NCBI GenBank assembly: GCA_951406725.2
Contig: OX597823.1
Location: 44,268,001 to 44,332,000, forward strand
Source: Octopus vulgaris
Lineage: Eukaryota
Direction of reading: 5' to 3'
Length of the DNA: 64,000 nt
Position 1 is the stretch's first letter, and every line of letters starts with the position of its first letter. The notes below the pieces were generated by a model. The model did no database searches, was not told where the DNA came from, and was given only the letters and a program-made list of their open reading frames with translations. A program made the position numbers and the translations under genes. This document shows positions 1 to 11,924 of this stretch, in pieces.

Positions 1-183
1 CATTATAAATTCCAGTTTGACTTGACTAATTCCCAAGGGAATATCTAAGAAAGATAGAAGAAATGAATACAATAGCAGTAATGATCATATTAAAAATGTT
101 TACTGTATAATACAGCCTGATGTTTGCAATACAGTACAGTCATTCATAATGTACTATGCTTTTGCAAATTATTTCACTATTTT

Positions 184-218
<35 letters not shown>

Positions 219-225
<7 letters not shown>

Positions 226-1078
226 GTAAAATATAAATACAAACAGTAAAAAATAAATACAAACTGGGACAAGAACAAGGAGACGACACAAGAACCACAG
301 GACGGGACATTCAAAGCCCTCAGTCATCAGTCAAGAACCAGATCATCTTCGCAATTTCGGCTGATTAATCTTGAGATTGCTCCGATCTGGGCAGCCCCCA
401 AGGGAAATCTAAGCCAAGCGCATTAGATCCCTTGGAAGAAAGCTTCGAATGTATACAACACAAGGACGGAAAACGAACGATGTACACGAATAAAAATACA
501 GAATACGTGAAAACAATAAGGAAAGCACGAATAAGAATACAAAAACGTAAAAACAATAACGGTAAGGATAAAAAACAAAACAAAACCAGGACGTAGGACA
601 AGGGTCTTTCGACAGGACGAGTTGAGTTGGGGCTGGCTTATGGAGTTGTGCCTTATGGCCGCGGGAGACAAACAAAAACGTGTTGCTTCGACGACTGCTG
701 GAACGAAAAGGGCGCCCAGCGGTGGCTAGCGGTCACGTGAGGACAAAAGACAGGAGAAAGGGACAGATGAGGAGAGAGAGAGGGTGGACAAAGGAGGAGA
801 AGAAAGAGACAGAACGAGGGGAGTGGAGGTAAGAGATGTAGAGAAACGTAGGAGGGGGAGACGGATGAAGAGAGAAGGGGAATAAGGGAGGAGGAGAGAG
901 AGAGAGAAAGAGACAGATCAAGAGTCATATCAATGTTAGAGAAAAAAATACTTAACGTATAAGGACAGGTGTGGATACGAAGCCGCCATTATATATGTAA
1001 ACAGTAAAAAATAAATACAAACTGGGACAAGAACGTGAAACACCAAGGAGACGACACAAGAACCACAGGACTGGACAT
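219..1078 (-). mobile_element. Non-autonomous Penelope-like element with partial tandem terminal repeat
   Basis: 219-310 is repeated directly at ~996-1078; flanked by (TA)n; interrupts the older duplicated unit; terminal repeat homologous to 29584-29995. Confidence 0.6.
311..390 (-). ncRNA. Candidate non-circularly permuted hammerhead ribozyme with kink-turn
   Basis: RNA CCAGAUC-GGA-GCAA-UC-UCAAGA-UUAA-UCAG-CC-GAAA-UUGC-GAA-GA-U-GAUCUGG-U-UCUUGA-CUGAUGA-CUGA: core CUGAUGA, GAAA, AUC and stems I, II, III all present. Confidence 0.6.
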
Positions 1079-2599
1079 CTTGACAGCTGCTGGATATTGA
1101 TCACAAACTTCACCTACCTTCTTATCATTATCGTATCTCATGTCTATATTGCTGAATGTCTGCTTAAAATATTGAGAATATATTCAAATTTTTGAATGTA
1201 TCTAACTTTAGCAAGTGCAGTGTTGTAAATAGTTGGCATTTTGGGAGAATATATCCTTATTAGCAGAAAGTTTGGAGAACTTATCCCAAATGTTTTTGCT
1301 TACAGATTTGACAACTACTGAATGATGGTTTGAATAATGACTAATGTATTACAAATTTTTGTTTGACTTACACTAGGGTCAAGAGAGAGCTGAAAGCTTG
1401 CTATTCTGTGATTATTATGCACCAAAGTAAGTTTTTGGAGGATCTAATAATTTTTTTCTTTTCTTATACTGCTCTATCTTATCATTGGTATACTTATAAA
1501 AAGTAAATACCAAAAGTGTGAACAGTTAATAAGAACATTAAAAAAAAATTATGTGGAATATTGAATCCTAAATCCTGGCAGCTTAGATTATCTACTGTCT
1601 TAAATAAGGCTGGGGTCATGTTGACCTCATGGTACCAGTTAAGGGTGAAGGAAGTGTTTGTACGTAGAATTACCTCACAACAAATGAAAATTAAAAAATT
1701 TCCCTACATTTCAAACCTTTATCTTTCCCTAACATACATTCCAATTGTTAAAGTACTTCTCTGTAAAATTCACTTTTTATCCAAAGGTATATACTGAATT
1801 GCATCAAAACACTCAGCCTTTTTGAGAGCTTTTCTTAGTTTTTTAATTGTACATTTCTCTGTGGAAAGTATTGTTCAATGTCACTGGGATGGTCAAACCT
1901 CATAAATTCTAGTTTGACTATAATCCCCCAAGGAAATATCTGTGAAAGATACATGAAATGAATGCAACAACATTAAGGATCATATAAAAAATATTTACTG
2001 TATAATACAGCCAGAGGTATGCTGTACAATACACCCATTCATAATGTATGGTGCTTTTGCTCATTGTTTTACTGTTTTTGCACTGTCCACATGTATCTTT
2101 CATGGCAGCTGCTGGATATTGATCACAAACTTTACCTTACTTATCTTATCATTATCATGTCTGACAGCATTCATGTGTCTATATGCTGAATGTCTGTTCA
2201 GTTTTAGATGGAAGAGTGCTTAAAATATTGATAATATATTCAATTGTTTGCATGTATCTAACTTTAGCAAGTGAAGCGTTATAAATACCTAACATTTTGA
2301 GAGAATGTGTCCTTATTGGTAGAGAGTTTGGAGAACCTGTACAAGATGTTTTTCCTTGTGGATTTCATAACTGTTCATAGACGGTTTGAGTAATGAATAA
2401 ACATATTGCAAATTCTTGTTTGACTTACACTGGTGTTGAGAGAGAACTGAAAGTTTGCTAATCTGTGATTATTACCCACCATATTAGCTAGTTCTAAGCT
2501 TTTGGAGAATCTGATTAGTTTTTTTCTCTTATATTACTGTAATTTTTCATTGGTACACTTATGAAAAGTGAATGTGGTAAATTGGTCCTATCCACATTC

Positions 2600-3560
2600 T
2601 TAAGAGGGTCCCAGATACAATTTGCTGCTCTCTGTAAGAAAGCGATGGAAATGTTCAGCATGATTTGGAATAGACTTAATGAACAGATACCTTGCCACCT
2701 ACTACATGAGGTACTTACACATCCCAAGTTTTGTAGGTCCATAGTTGGTGCAGGTGGATTAATCAAGGACCTAAGTCTTCGTCTCTGACATCATCATTAA
2801 GATGCCTCTGAAGTGAATGTTAATCTTGCCTTTGGAATAGATGAGTTAACCATTGTGCTTCTACTCCAGCAGCTTGCTTCTTGGCTCCCTAATTCTGCTG
2901 TTTCCCTTGTCACTTAGCCCTCCCCAGCGTAATAAGCTTCTTGTAAAGTATACTCCACATGTCCATTAGAGGTCTTCTCTTCTCCCTCACTTTCTTAAAC
3001 TGCCCTTCTGAAGCTCTTAAGCTCTCTTCTCAATTGGACAATTCTATTGGCTCTGTTACTCATAACATAGAGAGGCTTCACTTTTACTTTCTCCTCCTGT
3101 CTAAACCTTTCAGCTGCCGGACTAATGAGTATAGTGGTCATTACCTGAAGGTGATGATTAGCATCCATCTCCTTGTTAGCTCAAATCCACTTCTGATGAT
3201 GCTCTGTTACTCTGCTTGGGTCAGGGAATTGCAGCATCTGGCAGTTCAGGGAACTGTGGACAACTCCAGCCCTGATTCCTCCTACATCTTAGAAGTATTT
3301 TGCTGAGGTATATGCACCACCTCCACATATTTTATTTTGACCTGGTGGATCTTCAGATCCCACAGGTTCTTACAAATCTTTCCACAAATACAGTCCAAAT
3401 CCATTATTGATTTGTTGTTACAAGTTGGTCTGTGCGATTGGGATTCTCATTCTGCTCTCCCTGTCAGGAATCCTTGGAGGTATTTCTCCTTAACACTGAT
3501 CACATTTTCTCTGGGTTCTTCCTAACAGGTGTATCTGAAGCTGCTAACACTTACCACCCT
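2600..3560 (-). mobile_element. Decayed Hero-type (RLE/R2 group) non-LTR retrotransposon, N-terminal part
   Basis: Minus-strand CICGKICKNLWDLKIHQ zinc finger (~3342-3396) and MTTILISPAAERFRQEEKVKVKPLYVMSNRANRIVQLRRELKS, matching Hero ORFs as I recall them; many stops. Confidence 0.65.
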
Positions 3561-5563
3561 ACTGCCATCTTCCTAGGCTGTCTACGATGAAAGATAATCA
3601 TCTGAGCAGATGGGTGGGATTGGAATCCATGTTCTTTTGTTAACATCTCAGTATAATTACTGCTATACTACATGTCATAAACTTGGGGGAAATAAAAACC
3701 AATAAAGGCATTGCCTTTAATTCACCTGTTGAACTGTACACAATCATATTTTTTTTGTTTACTGTCCCAGAAGACAATATTAACTTCTAATTTATCTATA
3801 TTACCAACCAATGCTAACCTTGATGGATGTTTTATGTTCCAGTAATATAGCTATCTTTAGTAAAATTACTTTAGATCTAACCCTCCAAATGGAAAGTAGG
3901 AATAGAACCTGTCCTCAGTCAGTCTCACAAACAAAGGTAAACTATATAGAAATCAACTAGGTGCTATTATTTTGTACATGTCATCTTACCACCTTTTACT
4001 TTCTGATTGCTTTACCTTCAGGATATCCCTGTCAGACAACTTTGGAGTCTCAACTAAAATATTTTCAAGTTTTTAACTTTATTGTAATGTTTATAATCTC
4101 ACTTCGTAATCTATATTTTATTGAGATTTCTCTCTTCAGCCAATTGATGATCACTGTGGTTTGGCTACTATTACAATTCCTACAATGATATCTGAATATT
4201 TTGGTCTGTAGCAAAATACACTTACCTTTCTAAATTTCCTTCAGTAAGACATCCTATATATTCTAACAATGCTGCAATTGTCTCATTTAATTTCCAGCAG
4301 ATTATACTTTTTGTATGTAAGAAAAGCAGTAGGATTACACAGAAGTTTACAAGATATAAAATGTGGAGGGTAATGGAGTTTTTCTATCTTTTAACATCTT
4401 GGTGTAATTACAACTATACTGCATGTTCACAATAAAGTCTGTGTGGCGTATTGCTATTTTCACAAATATAAAACTTCCCCCAATACTTTGCTTTTCACTA
4501 AATTTTCAAACACAATCTGGTTTGGAACATTTCTTCTTTCTTGCTCATAATCTTTCTTGTACTTTTTAGACACACACCAAGACTTTGTTTAAATATAAAA
4601 CTTGCATTTGGTGCTCCATTCTAAATTAATTAATAAATTTAATTTGTCAAACTATTGATCATGATAAAACTATATGTATATGTTTCTTAAAATTATATGA
4701 GCAATCAAAGAAGTGTCACTAGTTCCAATGCAAACTTTTTTTTTGACCAAATAATTATGACCAGGTTTTGTTATCTAATTTCAATGTAACTATCAAGACA
4801 ACTAAAACAAGTGTGAAGGATGCATGAAACTCCTAAAAATCAATAAATGAAGTGTAAAGATATCAAAATGAAAAGTAAATTATATTATCACACTAGTGAA
4901 TGTTATTAACATCTAATTATTGACTAAGACATGTGTGTTCAAATCTCATTGGATTGGGTACTCATTTTTATTCATATTTCTGTATTTTGCACATCAACAC
5001 TTATTACTTTGTCCAAATGTAAGCATGGGCTCACCGTTCAATACTAAGCTGACAATCCATAAAAGTAATTTAACCATTATTATCCCAAGAACAGAAGAAA
5101 TCAATCAAAACCTATGAAATTATGAGCTCAAGTTTGTTTTTATCAAACTCAAAATATGGGTGAAATTTCAACTTCATTGAATTAAAGGTTTTTTAAAATT
5201 TTTTTATTAGGGGTGTACCTTTGTAGACATTTGGAATGATGTAGGGGTCAAAAATTAGCAAATTACAACAAAATGAGTGTTGTGACTGAATAAATCTATT
5301 GCTTTAATTTCATTACATAAGAAAAATACATGTTTATAAAATAGTTTTGCAACAAAAAAATAATTTTTTTTAAAAATTGCATCCGTTAATAGTAGTCTAG
5401 TATGAAGAAAGAACAAATTATTAGAATTTTTGTCAGTATTGTAATGAAATCAATTACTCTGTTACAAAATGAAGCAGATTTTCATTTTCTTAATTTCTAA
5501 ACAAAAAAATACTTAAATGACCACAATAATCTGGATCTTTTGCCAAAAGCTATATATATATAG

Positions 5564-5983
5564 CAAATGGCAAATATGCGTCACGATGTGTTACCGCTAC
5601 TGTTTATAACTCGCTCTGAGATTTATCATTGTTTGATTTCACTTTTTCAATATCAGTGTCAATCGGACACTGGAAAAAGTATATGTATTTGTGAAGGGAT
5701 CTGATTTCTCGTCGACAACCATGATTGTCACACGCTGATGAAAGGTAAACACCTTGAAACTCGGGTACGTGTGTATCATGTGTTGAAGACGGGGAGGATG
5801 ACTCCCCTTCACAAATACTGAGAGGACACAGGTTGTGTGTCTATAGCCAACTGGAGGAGATATCTTCCTGGGGCTACAAACTACAGTAGCATCCACCCTT
5901 ACGGGTGAGCCATATTCAAATGGCAAATATGCGTCACGATGTGTTACCGCTACTGTTTATAACTCGCTCTGAGATTTATCATT
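5564..5983 (+). mobile_element. Retrozyme-like element: 353-nt unit with 67-bp exact direct terminal repeats
   Basis: 5564-5630 identical to 5917-5983; (TA)n on both flanks; internal hammerhead; several hairpins; no credible ORF. Confidence 0.8.
5720..5780 (+). ncRNA. Type I minimal hammerhead ribozyme, predicted cleavage after GUA (A5767)
   Basis: Stem I CACACG/CGUGUG extended by CAUGAU/AUCAUG; CUGAUGA 5735-5741; stem II AAGGU-AAAC-ACCUU; GAAA 5756-5759; short self-complementary stem III ACUCGGGU. Confidence 0.9.
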
Positions 5984-7667
5984 ATATATATATATATATA
6001 TATATTTGTATCACAATTTAAGCCTGTTAGTTGACAAAAGCTGTTCTACGTTAAATAATATGCAAGGTCTACAATTGAAGACATTGGTATAAAAAGGGTT
6101 AACTATAGATATTTTTATACATAATTAATATTTTAAAATTTATTCTGTTATGGGACATTCTGGATGCTTACTCCAAAGAGAAAAGATATAACATTTCAAA
6201 CAACCTACTGTTATAATTGTTTTGAAATCTTCAGAAGACAATAAATCCTGTAGAATTTTTGCAGAAAACCTTTGTAAAATATCTTGTAATTATCCTTGTT
6301 ACCAGTTACCAATATTCAGTCATACAGAAGGATTTATTTTTAAAGTTAATCTTTATTGCTCTTGAACCTATCAATTAAGATTTTGTGATTGATCCAATTT
6401 TACCAAAACTGATATTCACATTCTAGTAAATACAAACAACTTCAGTTATTAGGTTTGTAAAATATAAATCATTTATCATATCTAATGGTTCCAAATTTAC
6501 TGTAATTCATTAATAATTAATAAAGTTGTTGTTTACTGGTATAACTTGTGATTTGTTGACATTTCTCTTAATCACCATTATCTTGTATTAGTCTTATTTT
6601 GCAGCTAGTACTAGCTTGGAGAGACAATGGTTATCTGAGTAGCAAACCAAAGTTTCCTACTTGAATAAAGACAAGATTTAGTGACCATCTCTGAAAACAA
6701 ACAGGACAGTCACACATGGAACACCTCTGGTCATAAGTCTGTCAATTTTTTTCTCTTGATGCATTTGAATGATTTGCGGTATATATCTGCGAGCATAATA
6801 AAACTGAAGATTAAGTTGAACTTGTTATTGTAATGTAAATTACATAATCTTCACACATTTCACTAACAGCATACCAGTATGTTGTTAGGTAATCATTATA
6901 TAGACAATCGCATAACCACCTAGAAATGCCAGGTCTTTAGAAGAAAATAATTATTTAATCTATTTTTATTTATCAGCCTGTTAAATGGCAGTTCTCATTT
7001 AGTTCTGCATACCATTTGAGATCTGAGGTAAGTAATAAAAATAGATTAAGTATTGCTATTTTCTTGTGAAGATCTGACATTTCAAGGTGATTACACAATC
7101 GTCTCTATAATGATTACCATACAGTATACTAGTGAAACATGTGTAAAGATATCATTTATGATGTTACTAGCAATGCACCCTGGTTTTGCCCAGGTGTTAT
7201 GACCTACAACCACATTGTATTATTTGTTCCTTATGAGCAGAATCAGAGCACAAGGAGTATGAAGCAAAGAACTCTTCTTTATAAACATGTTTTTCAGTCA
7301 TTTTCTGATGAACAACATTGCAGTTTCCATCTATCAAATTCAGTCACGAGTCTGTGGTTGGTCTAGGGCTATAGTAGAAATCACTTACTCAAGATACCAT
7401 GCAGCAGTACTGAACATGAAACTATGTGATTGGGAAGCAATCTTCTCAACCACACAGTCATTCTTACACCTAATGTGTGTGTGTTTATATTTGCTGTTAA
7501 ATCAAGTATTGTGTCCCACTATGGCTCAAAGTTAGCAGTTCATCAAGAAGAGACGTATAAAATAAATGCCAGATTGAAATTTGTACTGAGGTCCGTATGA
7601 TCAATTAAATTTTTGAAGGTGATACTCCAATCACAGTGACAGTTGAAAGACTAAATCCAGTAAAATA

Positions 7668-7759
7668 ATGTTTAAGGACTTAACCCTTTCGTTACTATAT
7701 TTCTGACCAAAATATGTTTAAGGACTTAACCCTTTCGTTACTATATTTCTGACCAAAAT
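7668..7759. repeat. 46-bp perfect tandem duplication spanning the piggyBac terminus
   Basis: atgtttaaggacttaaccctttcgttactatatttctgaccaaaat x2. Confidence 0.9.
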
Positions 7760-8782
7760 ATGTGTTTCAATTAATTTCTAACATAATCATAAATTTAGTC
7801 TGGTTTCATTAAACAACTATAACTTTTTTATTTATCAATATATTAATGTGAATTTTGGAAGATAAGTTAATGAAATGTTCTCAACCAATTCTATACTATA
7901 ATTTTTGTCACAAAGTGACTCTAATTGCAGGTAGATACAGGTAAATTCAACAAAATATAAAATTATTAAAATTTTGTTCAAACATCGCTATAGAAAATGG
8001 GTTATTAGCTAATATTCAATTGGGTATACGATAGAATTTGTTATTCTGGGTAACTTTCTGATACCCATAATAATATTTATGGCAAAATAGTCTTAATTTC
8101 ATTTAAGGTTATGGGAAACCACTAACTATCCTTTCTTTCGCTTTGTTTACATTTAGCGTAACGGTTCGTTTCCGCCGTAATGATTTCAAATAGGCTCATT
8201 CGAAAAAGTAAAAAGAAATAGTCTAAGGCTTTACTCTTCTGGGAAAGTCTGTGGCTTGGTCCAGTTTCTTCAGAAAAATCACCGAAAGAAACAGTTTTTA
8301 AATTTTCACTCCATTCAGGTGCCAATTCATTTTCTTTATCGCTGTCGGAGCTCTCGGATTCACTGTTTTCACTTTCGGAAAATGAAACGTCAGATTCATT
8401 ATCAAATACCACGTGCTTTTTTTTTCAGTCATAGAGTTAGATTTATGAAGGTCTTCAGTAGAAAATCCTTCGAATTCTGACTCGCTGCTTGATATAATGA
8501 AATTCGTATCCATTTTTTGTCAGAATTACAAATTTTGAAAACACAATAGGAACAAATTTCGGAAAAAAATCTCCCAAAATTCACGGAATTAAAATTACAC
8601 TTCGATTGTTGTACAAAACTGTAGTTGAACTGTTTACGAAGTATAATACGTGTTTTCACGAATGTACTAAAAAGATTTGCTCTGATATTCTCATTTAAAT
8701 ATGAATAGGTAAATACGGGTGGGTTTGGTCACATTAACCAAAATTTTTTCGGGCGGCTTTGGGCGGTTTGGTAATGAAAGGG
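7730..8782 (-). mobile_element. piggyBac deletion derivative (copy 1) with N-terminal transposase fragment
   Basis: TTAA on both sides, CCCTTTCRTTAC TIRs; ORF 8122-8412 with acidic N-terminus and ALDYFFLLF...IITAETNRYA (PGBD/DDE_Tnp_1_7-like). Confidence 0.9.
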
Positions 8783-9249
8783 TTAATGGCTTCAAATCAA
8801 AGGTAATTGATTACTAACCACAAGATAATAAATTGAAAACTCTGTATTGAACTTCCACTCTGTACAATAACACTATATGTACATCTCAGTCTCTTTGACT
8901 TCTAACAATTAGCAATTGTAATTGGAAGTTGAATGGTTAGATGTTCAAATTTCTTTAAAAATTATTGTGCAAAATATTCTGAGAAAATTTTTTTTTTCAC
9001 CACAACAAAACACAGGTATCTCTGTGGTAACTTGATCTACTACAAATAGCAGCCAATTCTCTCTTAAAACACACCCTTTCATCAAAAGAAAGTCAGAGAT
9101 TTACAGTATTTTAGGAAGAAACAAAGAAACTGCACACACACACTCACGTGTATATATGTGTATTTATATAACACATAGGTATACATATGTATATACTTCT
9201 ATGTATGGATACGTGTGTGTGTGTGTGTGTGTGTGTGCATGCTCACATG

Positions 9250-9483
9250 TTAGTTAGTTAATTTTTTGGCTCAAAAAGCAAAAAGCAAGGCCATGTAGGG
9301 GGACATGGAGTTATGTACAGGGTGGTGTTCATGTAAAGAGTTCAGGCCACTTGTGGTCAAGGGAGACTTTGAACCGAGTGGTTGTCGGCATCTTCACCAT
9401 CTCGTCCGGCAGCTTATTCCACGGATATGCAACCCATACGGAGAAAGCCCCTCTCCTTCGATTGAGATGAAATCGTCGCAGCT
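9250..9483 (-). mobile_element. CR1/L2-group LINE 3' end
   Basis: Minus strand reads LRRFHLNRRRGAFSVWVAYPWNKLPDEMVKMPTTTRFKVSLDHKWPELFT*, typical CR1 ORF2 C-terminus. Confidence 0.75.
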
Positions 9484-9959
9484 GTTCATGTATAATTTTA
9501 TGTCCTTTGTATAAGACATAACATTTATTTCTGTCTATCCCTAATTATGGCCTAATGTCGCTTCACCATCCTTGATTTTAAAAGCTATTCAGTTTTTTTT
9601 TCTTTTTCTCTCTCACTTTTTGGTTTGATAGAGACATGGCTTTGTTCAAACTTCCTCAAAAGAGTAAGCAGTCAGGAAAATTTGTGCAAGTGTGAAAGAA
9701 ATGTGAAAAATAATACAAAGGGGAATGTAGCTAGAGAACATGGAAGGAGGGAGATAGGGATTAGAAAGATGAGGAACAGGAGAAATTGTATGCAGGTAAG
9801 TTTGTGTGAGTGGGAGACCGAGGGGAGGGGAATGCATTGATTGGTGAACATGAGTGGAGAGAGGGAGGGGTGGTGGGTTTAGACATCAACAATGTGCTTC
9901 TATAGCTTAGATGGATAGTTCTTCTCAAGCACAGGAAATTGCTAATCATCTTGGTCCTT

Positions 9960-10385
9960 TGTTATCTCTGTGAGGTTCAACATCTGAAGGTCATTTTTCA
10001 CCACCTTGTCTCATGCCTTCCTCCACAGGTTCCATCCATATTTAGAGACATGCACTTCTTTATGTGGCGATCCTCATCCATATAGGTACAAAACATGACC
10101 ATATCAGCACAGTCATCTCTATTGCACACCACTTTTGGTGCCTCTTAGACCCAGTTATTTTTGCAACACATTTACACTTTACTGAACATGCACACTGACA
10201 TTGCACATCCAACAGAGTATGCTAGCTTCATTTCTCTCAAGTCTTCACATGTTCTCTGTACTTACAGTCCAGACATGACCATGTAGCATATCTGTTCATA
10301 CACAAGCATCATTCAATCTGCTTTTCACTCTGAAAAGAGGTTATTACCAAAAAAGGTAATATGCTCTTTGAACTTTCCCCATTCA
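9960..10385 (-). mobile_element. RTE-type LINE remnant (ORF C-terminus)
   Basis: Similar to 36950-37190 whose minus frame reads [18 protein letters not shown]. Confidence 0.6.
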
Positions 10386-10426
10386 ATTGTGATGTATAAG
10401 CAACTATGCTTTCAGAGGACGCAATT

Positions 10427-10457
<31 letters not shown>

Positions 10458-10469
10458 CATGTTACCAAC

Positions 10470-10722
10470 GTTGCTTCACTGGCACCTGTAAAAAGATTTT
10501 AGCGAGGTCATTGCCAGTACCGCCTGACTGGCTTCCGTGCAGGTGGCATGTAAAAAGCACCCACTACACTCTCGGAGTGGTTGGCATTAGGAAGGGCATC
10601 GAGCTGTAGAAATTCTGCCAGATCAAGACTGGAGCCTGGTGCAGCCATCTGGTTGCCAGCCCTCAGTCAAAACCGTCCAACCCATGCTAGCATGGAAAGC
10701 GGATGTTAAATGATGATGATGA
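10470..10722 (+). mobile_element. Short retroposon with TGGCAYGTAAAAAGCACC motif and (GAT)n tail
   Basis: Shares body and tail with 22760-23010, 23480-23955, 24090-24360, 28750-29145. Confidence 0.75.
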
Positions 10723-11924
10723 TATATACAGTTACGAGTGAAAAATTATATTCAGATATTTCTCATTTGTACAATGTGAATAAGAACATTGCTCTCTGGT
10801 TTTGCAAGCGAAGATGAAAACAATGACTGTTTAAAATGCAGGTGGTATGATTTGGTGTGCTCTTTACTGTGTGGGCAAACTATAAATACTACTATTGAAC
10901 ACATGAAGAGTTAGTCTGTACTGGGAGTTAATGTGTGAAGCAGTTGGTTTGGAGTATGCTGAAAGTCGATGCGAAGTCAATGTGAGTGGTTTATGTGAAT
11001 AGCTGGTTCACAGTCAGTGCCATGCAGTCGATGTGAGGCAGTTCATGTTGAATAGTTGGCACAGTAATTGATGTCAGAAGTGGAATATGTATTGTGATGG
11101 TGAACGTCAGTGGTAAATGTTAACAATGACGTCTTTGCTGCGAGGAGAACAGTTATAAGTTGGTTCGATGCGACAGTGAATGTCTAGTTAGTGTGACCAG
11201 TGGACGGTTTTGAACTTGCAGCAAAAATAGTCAGTGTGAACTTGGCAACATAAAAAATGCGGAATGGTTACTGGACTAATATGAATTTGGAAGTAATAAC
11301 AGAATCTAGTTGAAAGAAAAGATTTTTTTTTTTTAAAGTGGTAGAAAATAAATCATTAGACTGGTGAATAAAAGAAGAGCTTACCAAAGGACGTCTACAT
11401 ATTTCAAAGGTAAATAAAAGAACTCTCTAAAGAACTATTTATTCCATAAATGTTTATTCACCTCTTAATTAAAGTTCTTGTAGTTTGCTAATACTCAATG
11501 GTTTTGTTTGCTATTGTCAACTCTTCTGATTTCTGTAACTACTGTTTCTTCTGCTCCAAGCAAGTTGACTCGCTAAGGTTACCTGAGCTACAGATACAGA
11601 CTGTTGGAGTCTGTTGGTGGTGTCGGGAGGTCACACATGGTGCAACTAAACTGACAGGTAAAAACACACGTGGATGGATGTATAAATAGGAGATAAATTA
11701 ATATATGCAGCAAAGTTTATTTGTTCAAATCTGATGTTCCATACTGTGTCTATACTGAGTTTCTTACTTAAAGAAAAAAATAAGATTTTAAAAAATTCTG
11801 GCAGATATCAATAAAGAACTCAGTATTAAAAGAACTTGGTTAAATGTTTAATCAGATACCAGTAAATGTAAGTAGAATACATATCCCAGGTAAATCCAAC
11901 AATCCATTTGAGAAATTCAAAGTA

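Larger units (their letters stand above)
1..2580 (-). repeat. Old tandem duplication (~1 kb unit) of a highly decayed Penelope-like RT fragment
   Basis: 1-186 plus 1079-1530 align by eye with ~1900-2580; broken minus-strand frames give K/RFSKLSxNKDxFSQN...IYNxxLAKVRY, resembling the PLE RT thumb. Confidence 0.5.
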
